Below the pieces are notes generated by a model. The model was not told the origin of the DNA. It saw nothing but the letters and a program-made list of their open reading frames with translations, and did no database searches. A stretch of 64,000 nucleotides of DNA from Hyphochytrium catenoides. Lineage: Eukaryota; Protista; Hyphochytriomycota. A program made the position numbers and the translations under genes. Positions 35,771-57,800 of the stretch are shown piece by piece. The DNA is taken from positions 101,554 to 165,553 of the forward strand of contig FLMG01002723.1 in the NCBI GenBank assembly GCA_900088475.1, in the 5' to 3' direction. Each line of letters opens with the position of its first letter. Position 1 is the stretch's first letter.

Positions 35771-36620
35771 CTACGGATCAAGACTTCCGAACTCTTGCAA
35801 TACAGCTTGGGCCGTAATGCGGACCTCCGGAGTACCAGAGTTGCTGAGATCCTCAACAGTTTGAAGGATGGAGGGAGTCCGGACCTCTATGAGACACAAA
35901 GCCAAAGAGCAGAGGGAATAGTCAGGCCGTCCGGCGTCGGAGGAAGGGAGTGTTGGTGAACATAGGCACGTTTCTTCTACCTTTAGCTGTCCCATGATCA
36001 AGGAGGAGAAACAACGAGCTGAGCGCTGAGAGAGTCGTGTTGGTGTTAGAGCTCCTGAGACACCCTTCGATAAGCGGCATGCCCTCATTGTCAATTATAG
36101 GTCTCACGAACTCTGGATCTGCGCAGGAGAGGAGGACAAGACGTGTCAGGCTCAACGTGAAAGCGGGCCGAGAATTCCAGCGCACATGTCAATAGGTGGC
36201 TTACATGCACAACAATTGCTAATCCCTCCGATAGCAAACTCCACCATCTTCTCATTATCTTCATCAAGGCAATCCAAGAACAACTCGATGACATTCAGCC
36301 TTTTCAGGTGCGTATAATTGATGGGGTCGTAGGCAAAATTGGCTAGATTTGCAAGCACCTGTAACTTCATGTCTAATGAAAAGAGAAGAAGAGCAAGGCC
36401 CTTTAGCTCTCACCCATCGCTGCAGGCAAGCACTGATGATAAAGACCTTCGCTCTTGCTGTCTTGAAACTCTGTCACAAGCTGTTGAAGGTATTCAAATC
36501 TCGGCGCGTCGTACTTGCCTAATGAGGCAACAAGCTTAGAACAAAAGGCCTTACATGAGGCATTCTGAACCCAGCGAGGCTACCTGTACGCTCCTCTAGC
36601 CTCTTCCTAGAGCTTAACAT
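35771..36620 (-). CDS. ARMC7: armadillo repeat-containing protein 7, multi-exon
   Basis: [51 protein letters not shown] signature. Confidence 0.95.
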
Positions 36621-37256
36621 GGTCTGTGTCAGCCACCTACGAATGGCTGTCTTTCTCTTTACTGAACCTGTTCACTTAACCGGGCTGACTTATAAAGAGA
36701 CCGTGTTGACAGGTATCAAGGGTTCTTGGTGAGGACTGTGCGGCAAGCGTCACGGACAGCCTGGCAGGAGCGATGTACTGCCGCTCATCTGCCTCGGAAG
36801 TCCTCATGCAGTCTTTTTCACAAAGCCAACAGGCTGATGAGTGATGAGCCTCACTCGACGGAGACGGGAGACAAGATTGTCCGTTACCACCCCATCGCAG
36901 ATCCTGGCCGTTGACGGCTTCAACACTCACTCATTCACTCATTATTCTTGTCTTTCACTTCTTTGTCGACTTCAGAACTTGACGTGGATCCTGGAAAAGT
37001 TCATCAGGAACTGAACTGGTGTTGTCATCAACAGCCCATCTCGTTTAGCCAGTCAGCGCTGATCTGCTGTCTAGGTAGTGCACCGTCAGCACAGTCACTA
37101 AAGAGAACCGCTTTCTTTGAATCATTGCTCTTGAGACCGCCCGCAGGCGTTTGATGGGAGAATAGCGGGAGCCGTTAGCTTTTCAGGAATAGAGCTCACC
37201 CTTAGGTGTTGACTCAGTCCTTCGATCTCAACCGTGCGACTGGGTAAGAAGGTAAG

Positions 37257-38564
37257 ATGAGCGGGGAAATCTCAGCTTCGGTGGACGTAGAGACCAAGCC
37301 GTCCTCACACGCTAGTCCGCAAAAAGAACCTGTTGCCTTCGATCCGCGCCTCTCCGAAGAGGGTAGGCAAGTTCTTCGACATCCGGAAGATGCAGCAGAC
37401 CTCGAAATCCTTCACCCGACCCGACAACTAGACCAGAAGCTTGAGGTTGAGACAGGGGTGTTCATTGAGTACGATGTGGTTGGGAGCGACACTGCGCCCC
37501 GTAAGCTGGTCTTCATTATGGGCTTCCTGGGTACTCGACATGACTGGTGTGGCACGGTCAACAGCATTCTGGAAGCAGATGACCAGAAGTACCAGGTGCT
37601 ATTGATGGATAACAGAGGAGTAGGAGGTAGCTCCGCTCCCGCTGGCCGGTAAGGGAAAGCTCTGTAGCAGTAGAATCAGGACTGTATGCTCACAATGGGC
37701 CCTCAGGTACACTACCACTCGAATGGCTCAAGACGTCCTAACGATCATTGATCACCTTAAGTGGGGAGCGTTCCATATTATAGGGATCTCTATGGGTGGA
37801 ATGATAGCGTTGGAGGTAAACCTTGCATCTTTGACCCCGCCTTCAATCAGCTCGTAATGTTTCTCTCCTTCTCTAGCTGGCTCTCTTGGCAGGCAAGAGA
37901 CTTCGTTCACTGTCTCTACTAGTCACCCACGCAGGAGGCAAGAGTTCACTGCCTGGCCGTCAACAGCTGGAAGGTTTCCAGCTTGTTTCCAGCACTATAT
38001 TCACAGCCAAGACCGCGCATGACTTTATCGGATACATGCTTCCGACCCTATTTGCTGATGACTATCTTGAAGGTACCGCCTCCCTTGTCCTGCTGGTATC
38101 TGTGCTGCAGTGCTAAGAAGGTTTACCCAGCGGATGCGGACGACGGGACCAACAGGACGAACTATCAAAAACATGCTGACATAATGACGGCAAGGGCGAA
38201 GCTTAATCGAGCCAAAGGGGTGAAGCTCAGGATGGCAGGGGTGTTTGGACAGCTTGCCGCTATTGCTACGCATCGGGTTGACCGGCTACGCTGTGAGACA
38301 CTTCGATCCAATGGAGCGCCCATCCTCATCATTGGAGCAGTCAAGGATAAATTAGTACACGTAAGAAACTCTCGGGCACTGAACAAGAAACTGGCAGCTC
38401 CATCCACGACCTACATTGAGCTGGACGCCGGTCACGCGGTGAACGCTGAACGTGAAGAAGAGGTGATCAAGGCACTTTTGTCCAACTTCCTAAAAGGGGA
38501 GGAGCACCACTCCGCGAAAGCCAATTCCTCATCATCTCCTCCTTCGTTATCCAGTAACCTCTAA
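37257..38564 (+). CDS. alpha/beta hydrolase, multi-exon
   Basis: LVFIMGF, DNRGVGGS, nucleophile elbow GISMGGMIA, acid D in GAVKDKLV, His in AGHAVN. Confidence 0.92.
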
Positions 38565-39413
38565 TCCCTTTTTTTTAAAGCTGAAGGCATCAGACCCATT
38601 TGCCATGCGTTTGATCTTTGCGTACTGCCATCGTTAGTGTTGGGCTACACTATATATCAGTATTAGACATAACATTGGGGCCGAGGCAGATGAGGCATGT
38701 GCTTGTTGACAAGAGCGGTTGCGTAGTAATAAGGGCCCACACACATCAAAACGGAGAGAGCTATGCCAACTACTGTGGCTCTCTTGGTTCCATCAAACGA
38801 CGTCAGGTGCCGCAGTATTAGTCTCGTAGCCGAATCATTAACCTTATGACGGTTTTCCTTCCGTGTGCCTCTTCCCCTTTCCGGGAGTTGGAACTGAAGA
38901 GCGCTTCGTTTGCCGTGTAACTGAGTGTAAGTGATTGCCAACCAGCGAGACGAGGGCCTGCAATGTGTAAACTCATCCGTACTGCTAAATAAAAAACAGA
39001 TCTTTATGCTCTTGGGGCTCTGGCGGAGGTAAAAGGGACAGAGCTTGACCTTAGGCAGCCAATGATCCGAAGCCCGGCGGTTCAGATCATCAGGTGAAGC
39101 GAGTTGAAGATCTAACGGACATCCAAACCATCAGAAACTTCTGCCAAGAAACTTCGCTTGTATTTTGACAGGATTTGCCCCATAATGACAGTTTATCTGT
39201 CAACCTAACTGATAGGTACACAAACCTTCTCAAATGTTCTTAGAGCATATACCGAATAAACTCTCTAGTTTGCAGAGGATCTAGAATACCTCCTTCTGGC
39301 ACTTTTGACTTCTTCACCCATTGCCTGCAAACTCTGCAATCTTGTTGCCTGTGAATTTGACAGTCAAATTGACGCGTTCTGGTGGTGGTGTGGTCAGGTT
39401 GATGGGGTACTCC

Positions 39414-39497
39414 AGCTGTTGTTGCTCCTGCTCTTGCTTCTGCTCCTGCTCTTGCTTCTGCTCCTGCTGCTGGTGCTGCTGCTGGTGCTGCTGCTGT
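39414..39497. repeat. CTG/CAG-rich low-complexity tract
   Basis: CTG/CTCCTG repeats; reads poly-Q/QE on the minus strand. Confidence 0.8.
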
Positions 39498-39947
39498 GAA
39501 GAGGGGATGATGATGTTGATGATGGCCAGCTGGACCACTGTGCATAGGGCGAAGCCGGAGATGGCTAGAGGTAGAGAGAAGAATCAAGGACGAAGGGGGA
39601 ACAATGGCAGTACACATTCACCGCCGCTCCTCCGTCGGACTAATCTCCTTGCTCTGCCTGTCCTTCCCTATCTCTTACTGCCTCCCGTTGCGGTCGAAGC
39701 TCCTCACCAGACCTCGTGAGCTAGCCTCTACCTAGACACGGACTGCAACTCAAAGGCAAGGCAACAGGGGACATTTATAAGAGATGCACCAAGGACGATA
39801 GAACTACTCCTGCTCCTCAGCACAGCAACGTCTTCTCACATCGTTTAATGACTCAGCAAAGGTGTACTACTTGAGACTTCTCCTCAGCCCAGCTAGTTGC
39901 ACTCGCAAAGGCGTTCGTTAGAGACAGTGGAGGATTACTGCGCCACG

Positions 39948-48439
<8,492 letters not shown>

Positions 48440-49641
48440 GAGGTTGCTGGGCCCCAGTCTCTAGTGTCCTCCATCATCAATTACAGGAGGGTCGCAGCAC
48501 CAAATCTCATGAGTCGTGGACGAGCGACGGCGTCCAGCCTAGTCTAACTTCTAATATAGCTATCACCTCAATCCATAAACAGGAGAGGGAACCGCAACCC
48601 TGAACTCGGGGATTTTTAAGAGCCTGTTTCCAGAGCCGCAGGAGCGGTGTAGGTGAGGTCACTCTCCAACTTCAATCAGGGGTTAAGGGCAAATTGGGGC
48701 TGTGATGGGCAAGGTGCAGAGGCCAAGTGATAAGCTTGAACAGCGTGGAACTATGCAGTGACGTTAATAAGGGTTGTTGGGGCTCTCCTACTGATTGCTT
48801 CTGCAGTCGCACAGCCGGGTGATCTCAATCCCGTGACCTTCTTGACCCTTGCTGGGAAAAGGCCTGCACAGCTGCCAGCCTGGTAAGGCTTGTTTTCAGG
48901 CGTTCATGCACTTGGCAAGATGCTCTCTAGATGTCTGCTGTCATTGCACACACCTCGGACTTACCTTATCAACCGACCGGTAGTCGGGGGAAGTTGAGGG
49001 GAGGGTGGGGTGGGCCCCTGCAATGGGTGAAGTCCAAGCTAGGAGCTTAAGAGCTCTACGTCTGATGCCAACTCGGCCCCGAAAACTGGAGGCCACTCCA
49101 GCCATTGCAGAATCGATGAAGCTTGATAGCGATGCAGATCTGTCCGTTATGATGAAGACGAAGACAGACCAAGATCAGAATCTGACCTTCGAATAGGGGG
49201 TTAGCGGCCTCCTAAAATATCCTTGATACTACTGATTATTGCTCAAAGTATTTGAAATCTCTAAGCGCTTTGTGGTCATCGGGAATGGTTGAGCGCCAGA
49301 TTTGAAAAGCCGGTGATGTTGATGGGTTTCTTTTGTTCTCGGTCCTGGGCCCTGGTGTCCTGCCTGCCCCTGTCCGCTGTCCCGCTGCGTTTGTTACCAT
49401 TATAGAGACCAGGTGTCTGCCTGTCTGCCGCGAGAAGCTCCACGATAGGATGTTGCCTTCCTCCAGGTGGATGGTACATAGTCACATCTTTGAAGACTTG
49501 GACCGCGGAGACTGAGAGACGACTTCCTCGGAGGGTACTTTGTGGTTCGGCGTTGGAAGGGCTTGCCTTGGCCTTTCTTGAGAAATTATCTCAATCATGG
49601 AGTCGGCAATTTGATGAGCCTTTGAGATATACTGAGGTAGC

Positions 49642-52600
49642 ATGACGGCTCTCTTGCTCACTTGCTCGGATGTGGTGAAGAGCTGGGCTTTGGAAGGAGA
49701 GTCCTTGACACTGCAAAAGACCTTGCAGCCCCATCAGGATGTCGTTAACTGCTGCAAGTGGAACCATAACAGTATCCTACCCAATTGCTCTCAATCCTTT
49801 GAACCTTCCACGCGTTTTTTCACGTCGCCAGAATATATCTCACTACTAATAGTGGTCACAGGGTTCTAGTTTACCTTAACTCGCGATCTAGACCAGGTAG
49901 TGGCAAGCTGCTCAAAGGATGGGACAATTAGCTTGTCGCATCACCAGTCTGAAAAGCTCATTGACACGCTTCCCAGTAGAAGTGCCAGCAAGGTTAGACT
50001 GGCGAAGCTTCATCAGTAGATCTATTTAGTACTCATGTTGCTAATATCTTCCATCCAGTCCAATGGTCCCGAGATCCGGTCTATCGACTTCAGTGGTGGT
50101 TCAAGATACCTCTGCAGTGGTGGGGCTGACAAAGTGGTGAACGTAAGCATTGACCCTCCATCTGACAGTAGATTTGAAGCCCAGCGGCTCACATTTATTT
50201 GCATAATGGCTCTAGATATGGGACCTGAAGAAGAGGGCCATGATACGTTCCTTTCGGGTAAGGCTTCCTCGTGACAGTGTGTGGCTGAAGAAGAGACGGA
50301 GAGAAGAGTTTGCACGCCACGGTTTGCGCGCCACACCCTCAAAGTCTGGGCTTAAGTACTCTTTTCTTTTTCATCTCTTTCTACCTTATTTGCAGGGCCA
50401 CACAGATACCATCAATTCGGTTACCTTTAATTACAAGGATGAGCAAGTCGCATCAGGGGCACAAAGGTAAGCATAGCGTGCACTTTGCCTTCTCCCTGCT
50501 TCCATTTAGCACAATCCGTATCTAGTGGAGATGTTCTTGTACACAATGTGGTCACCGGTCAAGTAGGATGCAAACTGTCCTCAGAGAACGGCAGACACGA
50601 GGTAATAGGCAGCACTTTCCATCTTGTTTCGTCAAGGTTTCCTCGCTTATTGGGGGTCTTTTTTGCTTGCAGGCGATTAATGCCATTCAGTACTCAATGC
50701 TCACGAAGCACCTGCTTGGAGCATGTCGGGATGATGGCTCGACAGTCGTGTGGGATGTTACCTATGGCAAGCTCTACGCTTCATTTCCGAGCAAGGTGAG
50801 CGAAAAGCCGGTATCGCTAATAGGGAGCCTGACCGTTGGGCTCCAGCATCATGACTGATGCCTTTGTCCCGCGTCCTTGTTCCAGTCTGCTCACAAGGAT
50901 ACAGAGTTGTATAGAGGCTCGACACTCTCATTTCAACTAATAGTTCTCTACGCCTCTGTTACCTGCAGCATGATGCGGCGGCACTTGCCCTCACATTTTC
51001 ACCTGTGAATCGACTTCTGCTCTGCAGTGCCGGCCTAGATAAGCGAGTGTTATTCTACGATGTCACTGAAAAGCTGTAAGAGCTCCTTACGCATTTTTTA
51101 TAGCTTCATTAAAGCCCACTAACTGCCTCTTAGAAAGGTGAAGGTCATTACTGCGCAAGATCCCCTCACAGCCCTGACTTTACACCATGATGGTTACACG
51201 TTAGCTACAGGCTCAGCCACAGGTAGGTAGTCCTTATATACCACAGCCCACCTGAAATGTTCATTCAGAGGTCCTTCTCCACGCAGGAATGGTATCTCTC
51301 TATGACCTCCGGGCAGGCTCAAGCCCTATCAGTGTGACACAATCACACTTCCCAAAGGCGGTATGGATTTAGGGTCATCCACGCAAAGATGGGCCTGCAT
51401 TCATTGACTGGTTATCGTAGGTGCGGCATATGTACTTTTCACACAAGGAAAAGACAATATCTGGAAGAACCCAGCTACAAGGCCGACCTGAGGAGGGACC
51501 TCAGGCGTCACCGGTGCCTGATAATGCTTCTGAGGTGAGAGTCCTTAGCGCGCTTTAGCCAGTACATCCGGACCGTTGTTTACAGAACGGCTCAACATCG
51601 GTCTACACCACGCAGACCAGCAAAGACTTCCCCAAGGCAGACCCCGTCCCAAGTATCAGGAGTACGCCGTCGAGTACATCCGCAAGAATGAGCCTGATCT
51701 CTCCTGTGACACGAGGTGTGCCCCTGTCCTCAAGTAAATTTGTACCTTCCCAATACTTGTCTTTCTCGATAAAGTGCCCAATGACCTTCTCCGTCTATCT
51801 GTCATGTGATCGACGCTAATGCTTTCGTACGACAATAGTGCCGTCATCCTCTAAGGACAACGGTACACGAAGTCGGGTGCCCCCAGCGGTAACGTTATCC
51901 CATCTCTCTGAGCGGCAAGAGGGTCCAACTACGAACAACAACCATCAGTTAGAAGCAGGAGCTACAAGACATCCCGAAGCGGGGGTAAGGAGCGATCCCC
52001 TGCATTTCCCGTCATTCAGTAACATGGACTTGCCTTTCGAAAATCTCAAACCTCTTCTTGCCGGTTATCCCGTTCACTGTGTCATTTTTCCTAGGCATTT
52101 GCAGAAAGCCGATACGTCAGTAGCAGGGACCGTGAAGCTTTTAACCCTAGCCAGAACCAATCTCTCTCTAGTCAGAGGCGAGAAAGCAAGGATGCAGAGA
52201 AGGAAAACAGGCTGCAAGCTACGGAGAGGAGGAGTATCAATATCCCAACCCGCCCTAAGGACGAGCAGACCTCGAAAGTCAAGCCCGAGATTAGCCAGAG
52301 CAATGGGTCTATGCCTCTACCCTCCCCTCCTAGACATCGCTTGTCAAGACTCAGTAGCCCCCGCGTGACAGAGGAGATTGCCGCTGCAGCTCTGGCTGCT
52401 GCCAAAACAGCCGCAAGCACAGCAGCAGCAGCAGTCGATGCGACATCCGCTTCAGCCCCGCAGTCACATTATCAGCGGGCGATGCTGGAGTCCATTGTGG
52501 AGGACAAACTAGAAGAGTTCCGAGAAAGAGTCACAAGCGATGTCAGGAATCTACACCTCGACATGCTGCGGCAGTTTCAGTTGCAGATGGTAAGCGCCTA

Positions 52601-52771
52601 AGTTTATATGAGGCAATGCACGATGTCTAAATCCACGCTATTTTCTTTGAAACCTCTGAACAGAACGAGATCAATGCTACGCTCGACACCTTCACAGCGC
52701 GGTTTGAAAACCTCATCACCGAAAATGAGCGCCTGCGACGTGAGAATGAGCTCATGAAAAATATCTATTAG
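49642..52771 (+). CDS. NEDD1: NEDD1/GCP-WD gamma-tubulin ring complex targeting protein, multi-exon
   Basis: N-terminal WD40 repeats (WNHNNQVVAS, LCSGGADKVVNIWD, FSPVNRLLLCSAGLDKRVLFYD, LYDLR); C-terminal DVRNLHLDMLRQFQLQ...ENERLRRENE coiled coil. Confidence 0.9.
49772..49891 (+). other. U12-type (minor spliceosome) GT-AG intron, first intron of NEDD1
   Basis: 5' splice site GTATCCTAC; branch site TTACCTTAAC (49871-49880) about 12 nt before the AG; no polypyrimidine tract; removal restores WNHN-NQVVAS. Confidence 0.85.
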
Positions 52772-53804
52772 AACAAGATCATATCGTTTGATTTCCTGAA
52801 AGTACCGTGCTCGCAATCACCGGTCTAGCATGACGTCACTTCCTTGTGACCTAGATCCTTAGGTCTGGAAGCGTCCTAACGGCAACGAACAACCTGGGTC
52901 ACATCAACCCGTAGACTCATAAGCGTAGGGGTCATGTTCCACAACCGTTCTAAGTGGCCCAATTGATGTGTCTGTGGTTCTAGGTGTCTGAACTCACTTG
53001 ACGTCTATTATAGCCGTCAATGTTTGATCATGGCGTCTTACTAGGGATAGAGCTGCAAGCTCCAGAGGTGGGGTCCTGGTCAAAAGCACTCAAAGGCAAA
53101 GCGATAACCATGATAGCACAGGCATCGCTTTCAATCTCTTAGTAAGCTCCTGGTAATGACGCAGTCGTCCTTTGATGATCGTGGGCCACTTGTTACGACA
53201 GGAGCATCAGAAGGCAAAAACTTCAGAATAACGTCGTAGGTTGGTCGCTGTATACCAACCTTACCGAGTAGATAGGGCCTATATCGACGGGATTGTGGGT
53301 AGACAGAGCTCTAAACAAGCTACGACTCAAGGTTAGGCGATATGTGAAGTTTGGCGAGTCCGTGACCTCATCCGCTGATGTATGGGAGACATAGAGAGGA
53401 GGGTGCCTTGAAATAAAGGACTGTGCTTGCTTCAACAGCCTTGGACATATCTTCATCTGACTACCCTCAAACATTGGGCCGAAACAGCCGGCCATCTACA
53501 ATATCTAGCCTTACGGTCGCCCTTGTACTGATTGTCTATTACTCTCATGTCTCAACTTTCTAACTGCCAACCCGCAGATGAACCTACAGCCGTCAACAGG
53601 CCTGTCTTAACATCATCTCATAACTGTAACTCATTTTCACTAAGGCAAGAGCCATAAACTGATGTGATGATACACGTCCTGCCATCTGCAGCAATGTCCG
53701 CCGTGGTAGAGGTAGATCTTTATTGCTTAGCTCCACAGACATGCAGTCATGATAAGAACCCCCAGCTACATCATCATCGTCCGAAGGGTGCCTGAAACTT
53801 ACTC

Positions 53805-54021
53805 AGACCGGCAGACGAAGGTCCATCGAGAGGCTCATCAAGACCAAAGGGCATTATAAAGTGCTAACCCTTGCAGTGCAAAGGAGTTTGGAAAGCGCCT
53901 GCTGCTTGTACTGAGCCTCTCGATGGACCTTCGTCTGCCGGTCTCAAGACAAAAGGGCATTATACAAGTGCTAACCCTCGCAGTGCAAAGAAGGTTGGAA
54001 AGCGCCTGCTGCTTATACTGA
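53805..54021. repeat. perfect 33-bp inverted repeat interlocked with a ~77-bp imperfect direct repeat
   Basis: 53805-53837 is the exact reverse complement of 53912-53944; 53838-53914 recurs with mismatches at 53944-54021. Confidence 0.92.
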
Positions 54022-54837
54022 CTTCGAGACACCTTTAGGTGATGAGGGCTATCCGACCAGGACGGCTTAAGGATACGCGGAAACATCCATCTTTACCCGT
54101 CAAGCTCCCTGTTTCCGCATCCAGCGCAACAAAGCACTCCGTAATGCAGAGCTCATCTCAATACTTGCCTACCGGATAAGTCAGTGGACGACCTTGCATG
54201 TGCTGCCACCTTGCGCGAAGGAGCCTTGTTGTCTTCAGGGCAAAAGATTCTGTGGCAGATGCGTAGCGGACGGCGGGATCAAACAGAGATTGGAATGAGT
54301 TCCCACCCACCGTCAAAGAGCGACTTGATCTGCATTACCGGTAGCCCCGGGGTGGGTGGGCGGTTGTTCTTGGAGGGAGTGACGCCTTGGAGCTTTGTGA
54401 AGATATGTCAAAAGGAGCGTGGGTTTGGAGCTATATGGGTTTAGTCCCCTGATGCTAATACTAGACATATGAAAGTACATAGGTAAAGTATTGTGTGTCT
54501 ATCGTAGTGGTGTGGTATCTGTTTATGGAGCTGCGATGATCTCTGGTTGGCTGTTCATTGGGGTTTGCGGATCAGCTAACACACAGAAAGCATCGCCTCC
54601 GTAATCCTAGTGGAGACGCGAGCAGCTCAGGGACACCGGGCTGCTATTACCTAGTCGGAGCTTCTCAGTTCTTCCACTGCGAAGAGCAGAGACTTCAGAA
54701 CCTCTTTGGCAGGGCTTACGTGTCGACATTATAGTGCGAAAGCTCTGGGACTGTCCTACTTTTCACCAACGTGGGCTGAATCCTCTCAGCCACTTATTGT
54801 TCTTTGAGTGATATAGCTGATTGATCCCAGTGCCAAT

Positions 54838-57800
54838 ATGGCTAGATCGAGAAGAAGTAGATCTTCGTCAGAGGAGAGCAGCGGCAGTTCAAGTTCCTCC
54901 CGTTCAGCATCATCATCAGACTCCGGCGGCGAAGATGAGAGGAGTACAAGTTTGACGCGCGGCGACAGACGAGGCGGAAAATCTGGAAAGGATGATAAGC
55001 CAACTGAAGAATCTACTCACGACAACGCCGAAAAGGACGTCCGTCAAGATGATTCCGCAACAGTCGACATCAAGAGGAGCGATGACGCCAAACCTGGTCC
55101 TCCAGCACCTGCACGACAGGTCATCCCGAAAGGGAAGATTGCCGCAGAGACAATCAAAGGTAGAACGGGAGGAGTTTACATTCCCCCGTTTAAGCTGGCG
55201 CAGATGAAAAAGGAGGTGAAGGACAAGGCAAGTGAAGAGTATCAGAGAATGACGTGGGAAGCCCTGAGGAAGAGTATCAATGGTCTGATCAACAAAGTCA
55301 ATGTCAGCAACATCAAGAACATTATTCCAGAGCTCTTCCAAGAGAATCTTGTCAGAGGGCGGGGGCTCTTTGCTCGTGCGGTAATGAAGGCGCAGCTCGC
55401 ATCTCCCGGCTTCACGCATGTATACGCCGCGCTAGTAGTCGTAGTAAACACAAAAATGCCGGAGATTGGTGAACTTATTCTTCGAAGAGTCGTGATGCGC
55501 TTCAGACGAAGCTACAAGCGTCGAGACAAGGTGGTAGCGATTGCATTGGCGAGGTTTATCGCTCACCTAGTCAATCAGCAAGTCGCAAGAGAGCTTCTGG
55601 CACTTCAGGTCTTGGTCCTTCTTTTGGAGAACCCTACAGATGACTCTGTTGAGGTTGCGGTCAACTTCACCAAAGAAGTGGGGCAGATATTGTCAGAGCT
55701 AAGTCCACAGGTAGTACCTCCATATGTATAGTGGTGTCTCTCTTTCAGTAGAGGCCTTCCTTTCAATTTTAACGGCCTCTGTATCCACTTGCTCGCTCTA
55801 CCTCTCAGGGTCTTCTCTTCCTCAAGGCACAGAGAATGTCTATGTTCTAATCTTAAAAGTGGAGTGTAGCCGGTACCTCACTCAGTTCTAACTAGTGTTA
55901 CCCTATTTCAGGGCCTCAACTCGATATTTGAGCGCTTCCGGGGCATTCTGCACGAGGGAGAGATTGACAAACGTGTACAGTACACTATAGAAGGACTCTT
56001 TGCCATCAGGAAGGGTGGCTTCAAGGACTATCCAGCGGTTTATTCAGAGCTCGACCTTGTAGAGGCGGCTGACCAGATATCCTTCGAGATAGGCCTCGAG
56101 GATGAACTAGATGGGGAGGAGCATCTAGATATTTTCAGATATGACCCTGACTTTGAAAAGAACGAGGAGGCTTGGAGCATGATAAAGAAGGAAATTCTGG
56201 GCGAAGAAAGCTCCGATGAGTCCTCCGACGAGGAAGGGAGTAGCGACGAGGAGGAGGACGAAGAGGAGGCAGCAGAGCAGGTGAAGTTCAACAAAGAGTA
56301 ACATAGGTGGCCCTTTATTTTGATGGCCTCTCTTGAGACGACATCACCTGCCTTCTTCTTTGTGCAGCAAGCCTCACATTCAGTGGTCTGTATTACTCTT
56401 TACTCTTTAATTTCAGCCCTTCGCGCTCTATCGCTCTGGATTCTCCCTCATCTCCCCGTTCCTCAGCCTCAACAGAGCGCCATTCAAGACTTCACAGAGC
56501 AGGATCTGGTAAATCTCAGGCGTACAATCTACCTGACCATCATGAGCAGTCTTAGCCATGAGGAGTGTGCGCACAAGTTGATGAAACTTAACCTGAGAGA
56601 AGGCCAGGAGATCGAAGTGTGCAACATGATAATAGAATGCTGCAGTCAGGAGAAGACATACCTCCGATACTATGGGCTGCTAGGGCAGAGATTCTGCCAG
56701 ATCAACAAGAGATATCAGGTCACCAAGAGAGAACGATCATCTTTTCTTCTTCACATTGTTGGCACAATATCCAGCTATTATTCTTGCGATTTGCGGGCTC
56801 ACCTCCTTCAGTCTGTCGGGGCCTCTCATCGGCAATGTCTTCGGTCTCTATGGTCCTTCCTCAGTCTCTCACGTGCTCAGCGACATCTGTCTGTTGCTGT
56901 GATCGTTTGGCCTGTCCCTTGGATGTGCTAACATCTTTCACATTGTTTTATCCCTTCTCTCACAGGAAACGTTCGACCAAGTGTTTGCGGCCCAGTACGA
57001 GACGATCCATCGGTTAGAGACCAACAAGCTCAGAAATGTCGCCAAATTCTTTTCCCATCTTCTGTATTCTGATGCCTTGCCTTGGACTGTCTTTGAGTAT
57101 ATCCAACTCAATGAAGAGAGTACCACCTCTTCCTCCCGAATCTTCATCAAGATATTATGCCAAGAGCTATCCGAACACATGGGACTTTTGCAACTAAAGG
57201 AGAGATTCAATGATGAGGTACGCGCTATACTAACAATGGAAGATTTTGAGCGATAGGGCAAAGAAGAGGCAGAGAATGCGGGATAATTGACACCCATCAA
57301 TGACTCCACTCTTGGGTCGGTCATTTGTCGGCCTCCTTGTCACTTGCCTACTATCTTCCTGCGGGTGTGACTGTCAACATTCCTATTACGTTTCCGTCGC
57401 GCTGACATTCGTTTTCTTCACGCAGTACATGGCTGTTGTTTTTGCTGGACTCTTTCCTAAGGATAACCCCAGGAACACTCGATTTGCAATCAACTTCTTC
57501 ACCTCTATCGGTTTGGGTGGGCTCACGGATGGGCTCAGACAGCACCTGAAGGATTTACCGAAGCTTATTGCCCAGCAAGAGAAAGAGCAAGCCCCAGAGG
57601 AAAGCGAGACTTCCTCATCCTCATCCTCTGATAGCAGTGACAGTAGTAGCGATGACAGCAGTGATAGTGATAGTGGATCTTCGAGCTCTGGCTCTTCGTC
57701 GGAAAGTGATAGCAGCGACGATAGTTCAAGCTCAGAATCCGAAAGCGAGAGTGACAACGATGGAAGAAGACGACGAGACAGAAGGAGGGGGTCACTTTCA

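Noticed and set aside
49110-49186. Possible C/D box snoRNA (ATGATGA...CTGA); similar boxes near 53660-53795
   Set aside because: No terminal stem or recognisable rRNA antisense element; such boxes occur often by chance.
48750-49196. Signal-peptide-like fragment (VVGALLLIASAVAQPG) and a short downstream ORF as a gene
   Set aside because: No in-frame ATG and no convincing spliced model could be built.
53838-54021. CRISPR-like repeat-spacer array
   Set aside because: Only two imperfect ~77-bp copies, eukaryotic context, no cas genes.
54161-54240. ATACTTGCCT resembling the U1 snRNA 5' end
   Set aside because: Mismatch in the ACTTACCTG core; no U1-70K loop, U1A loop or Sm site downstream.
56076-56086. 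Other RTATCCT matches (e.g. 56077, 34970, 59862 on minus) as U12 donors
   Set aside because: They lie inside continuous coding exons and have no matching branch site.
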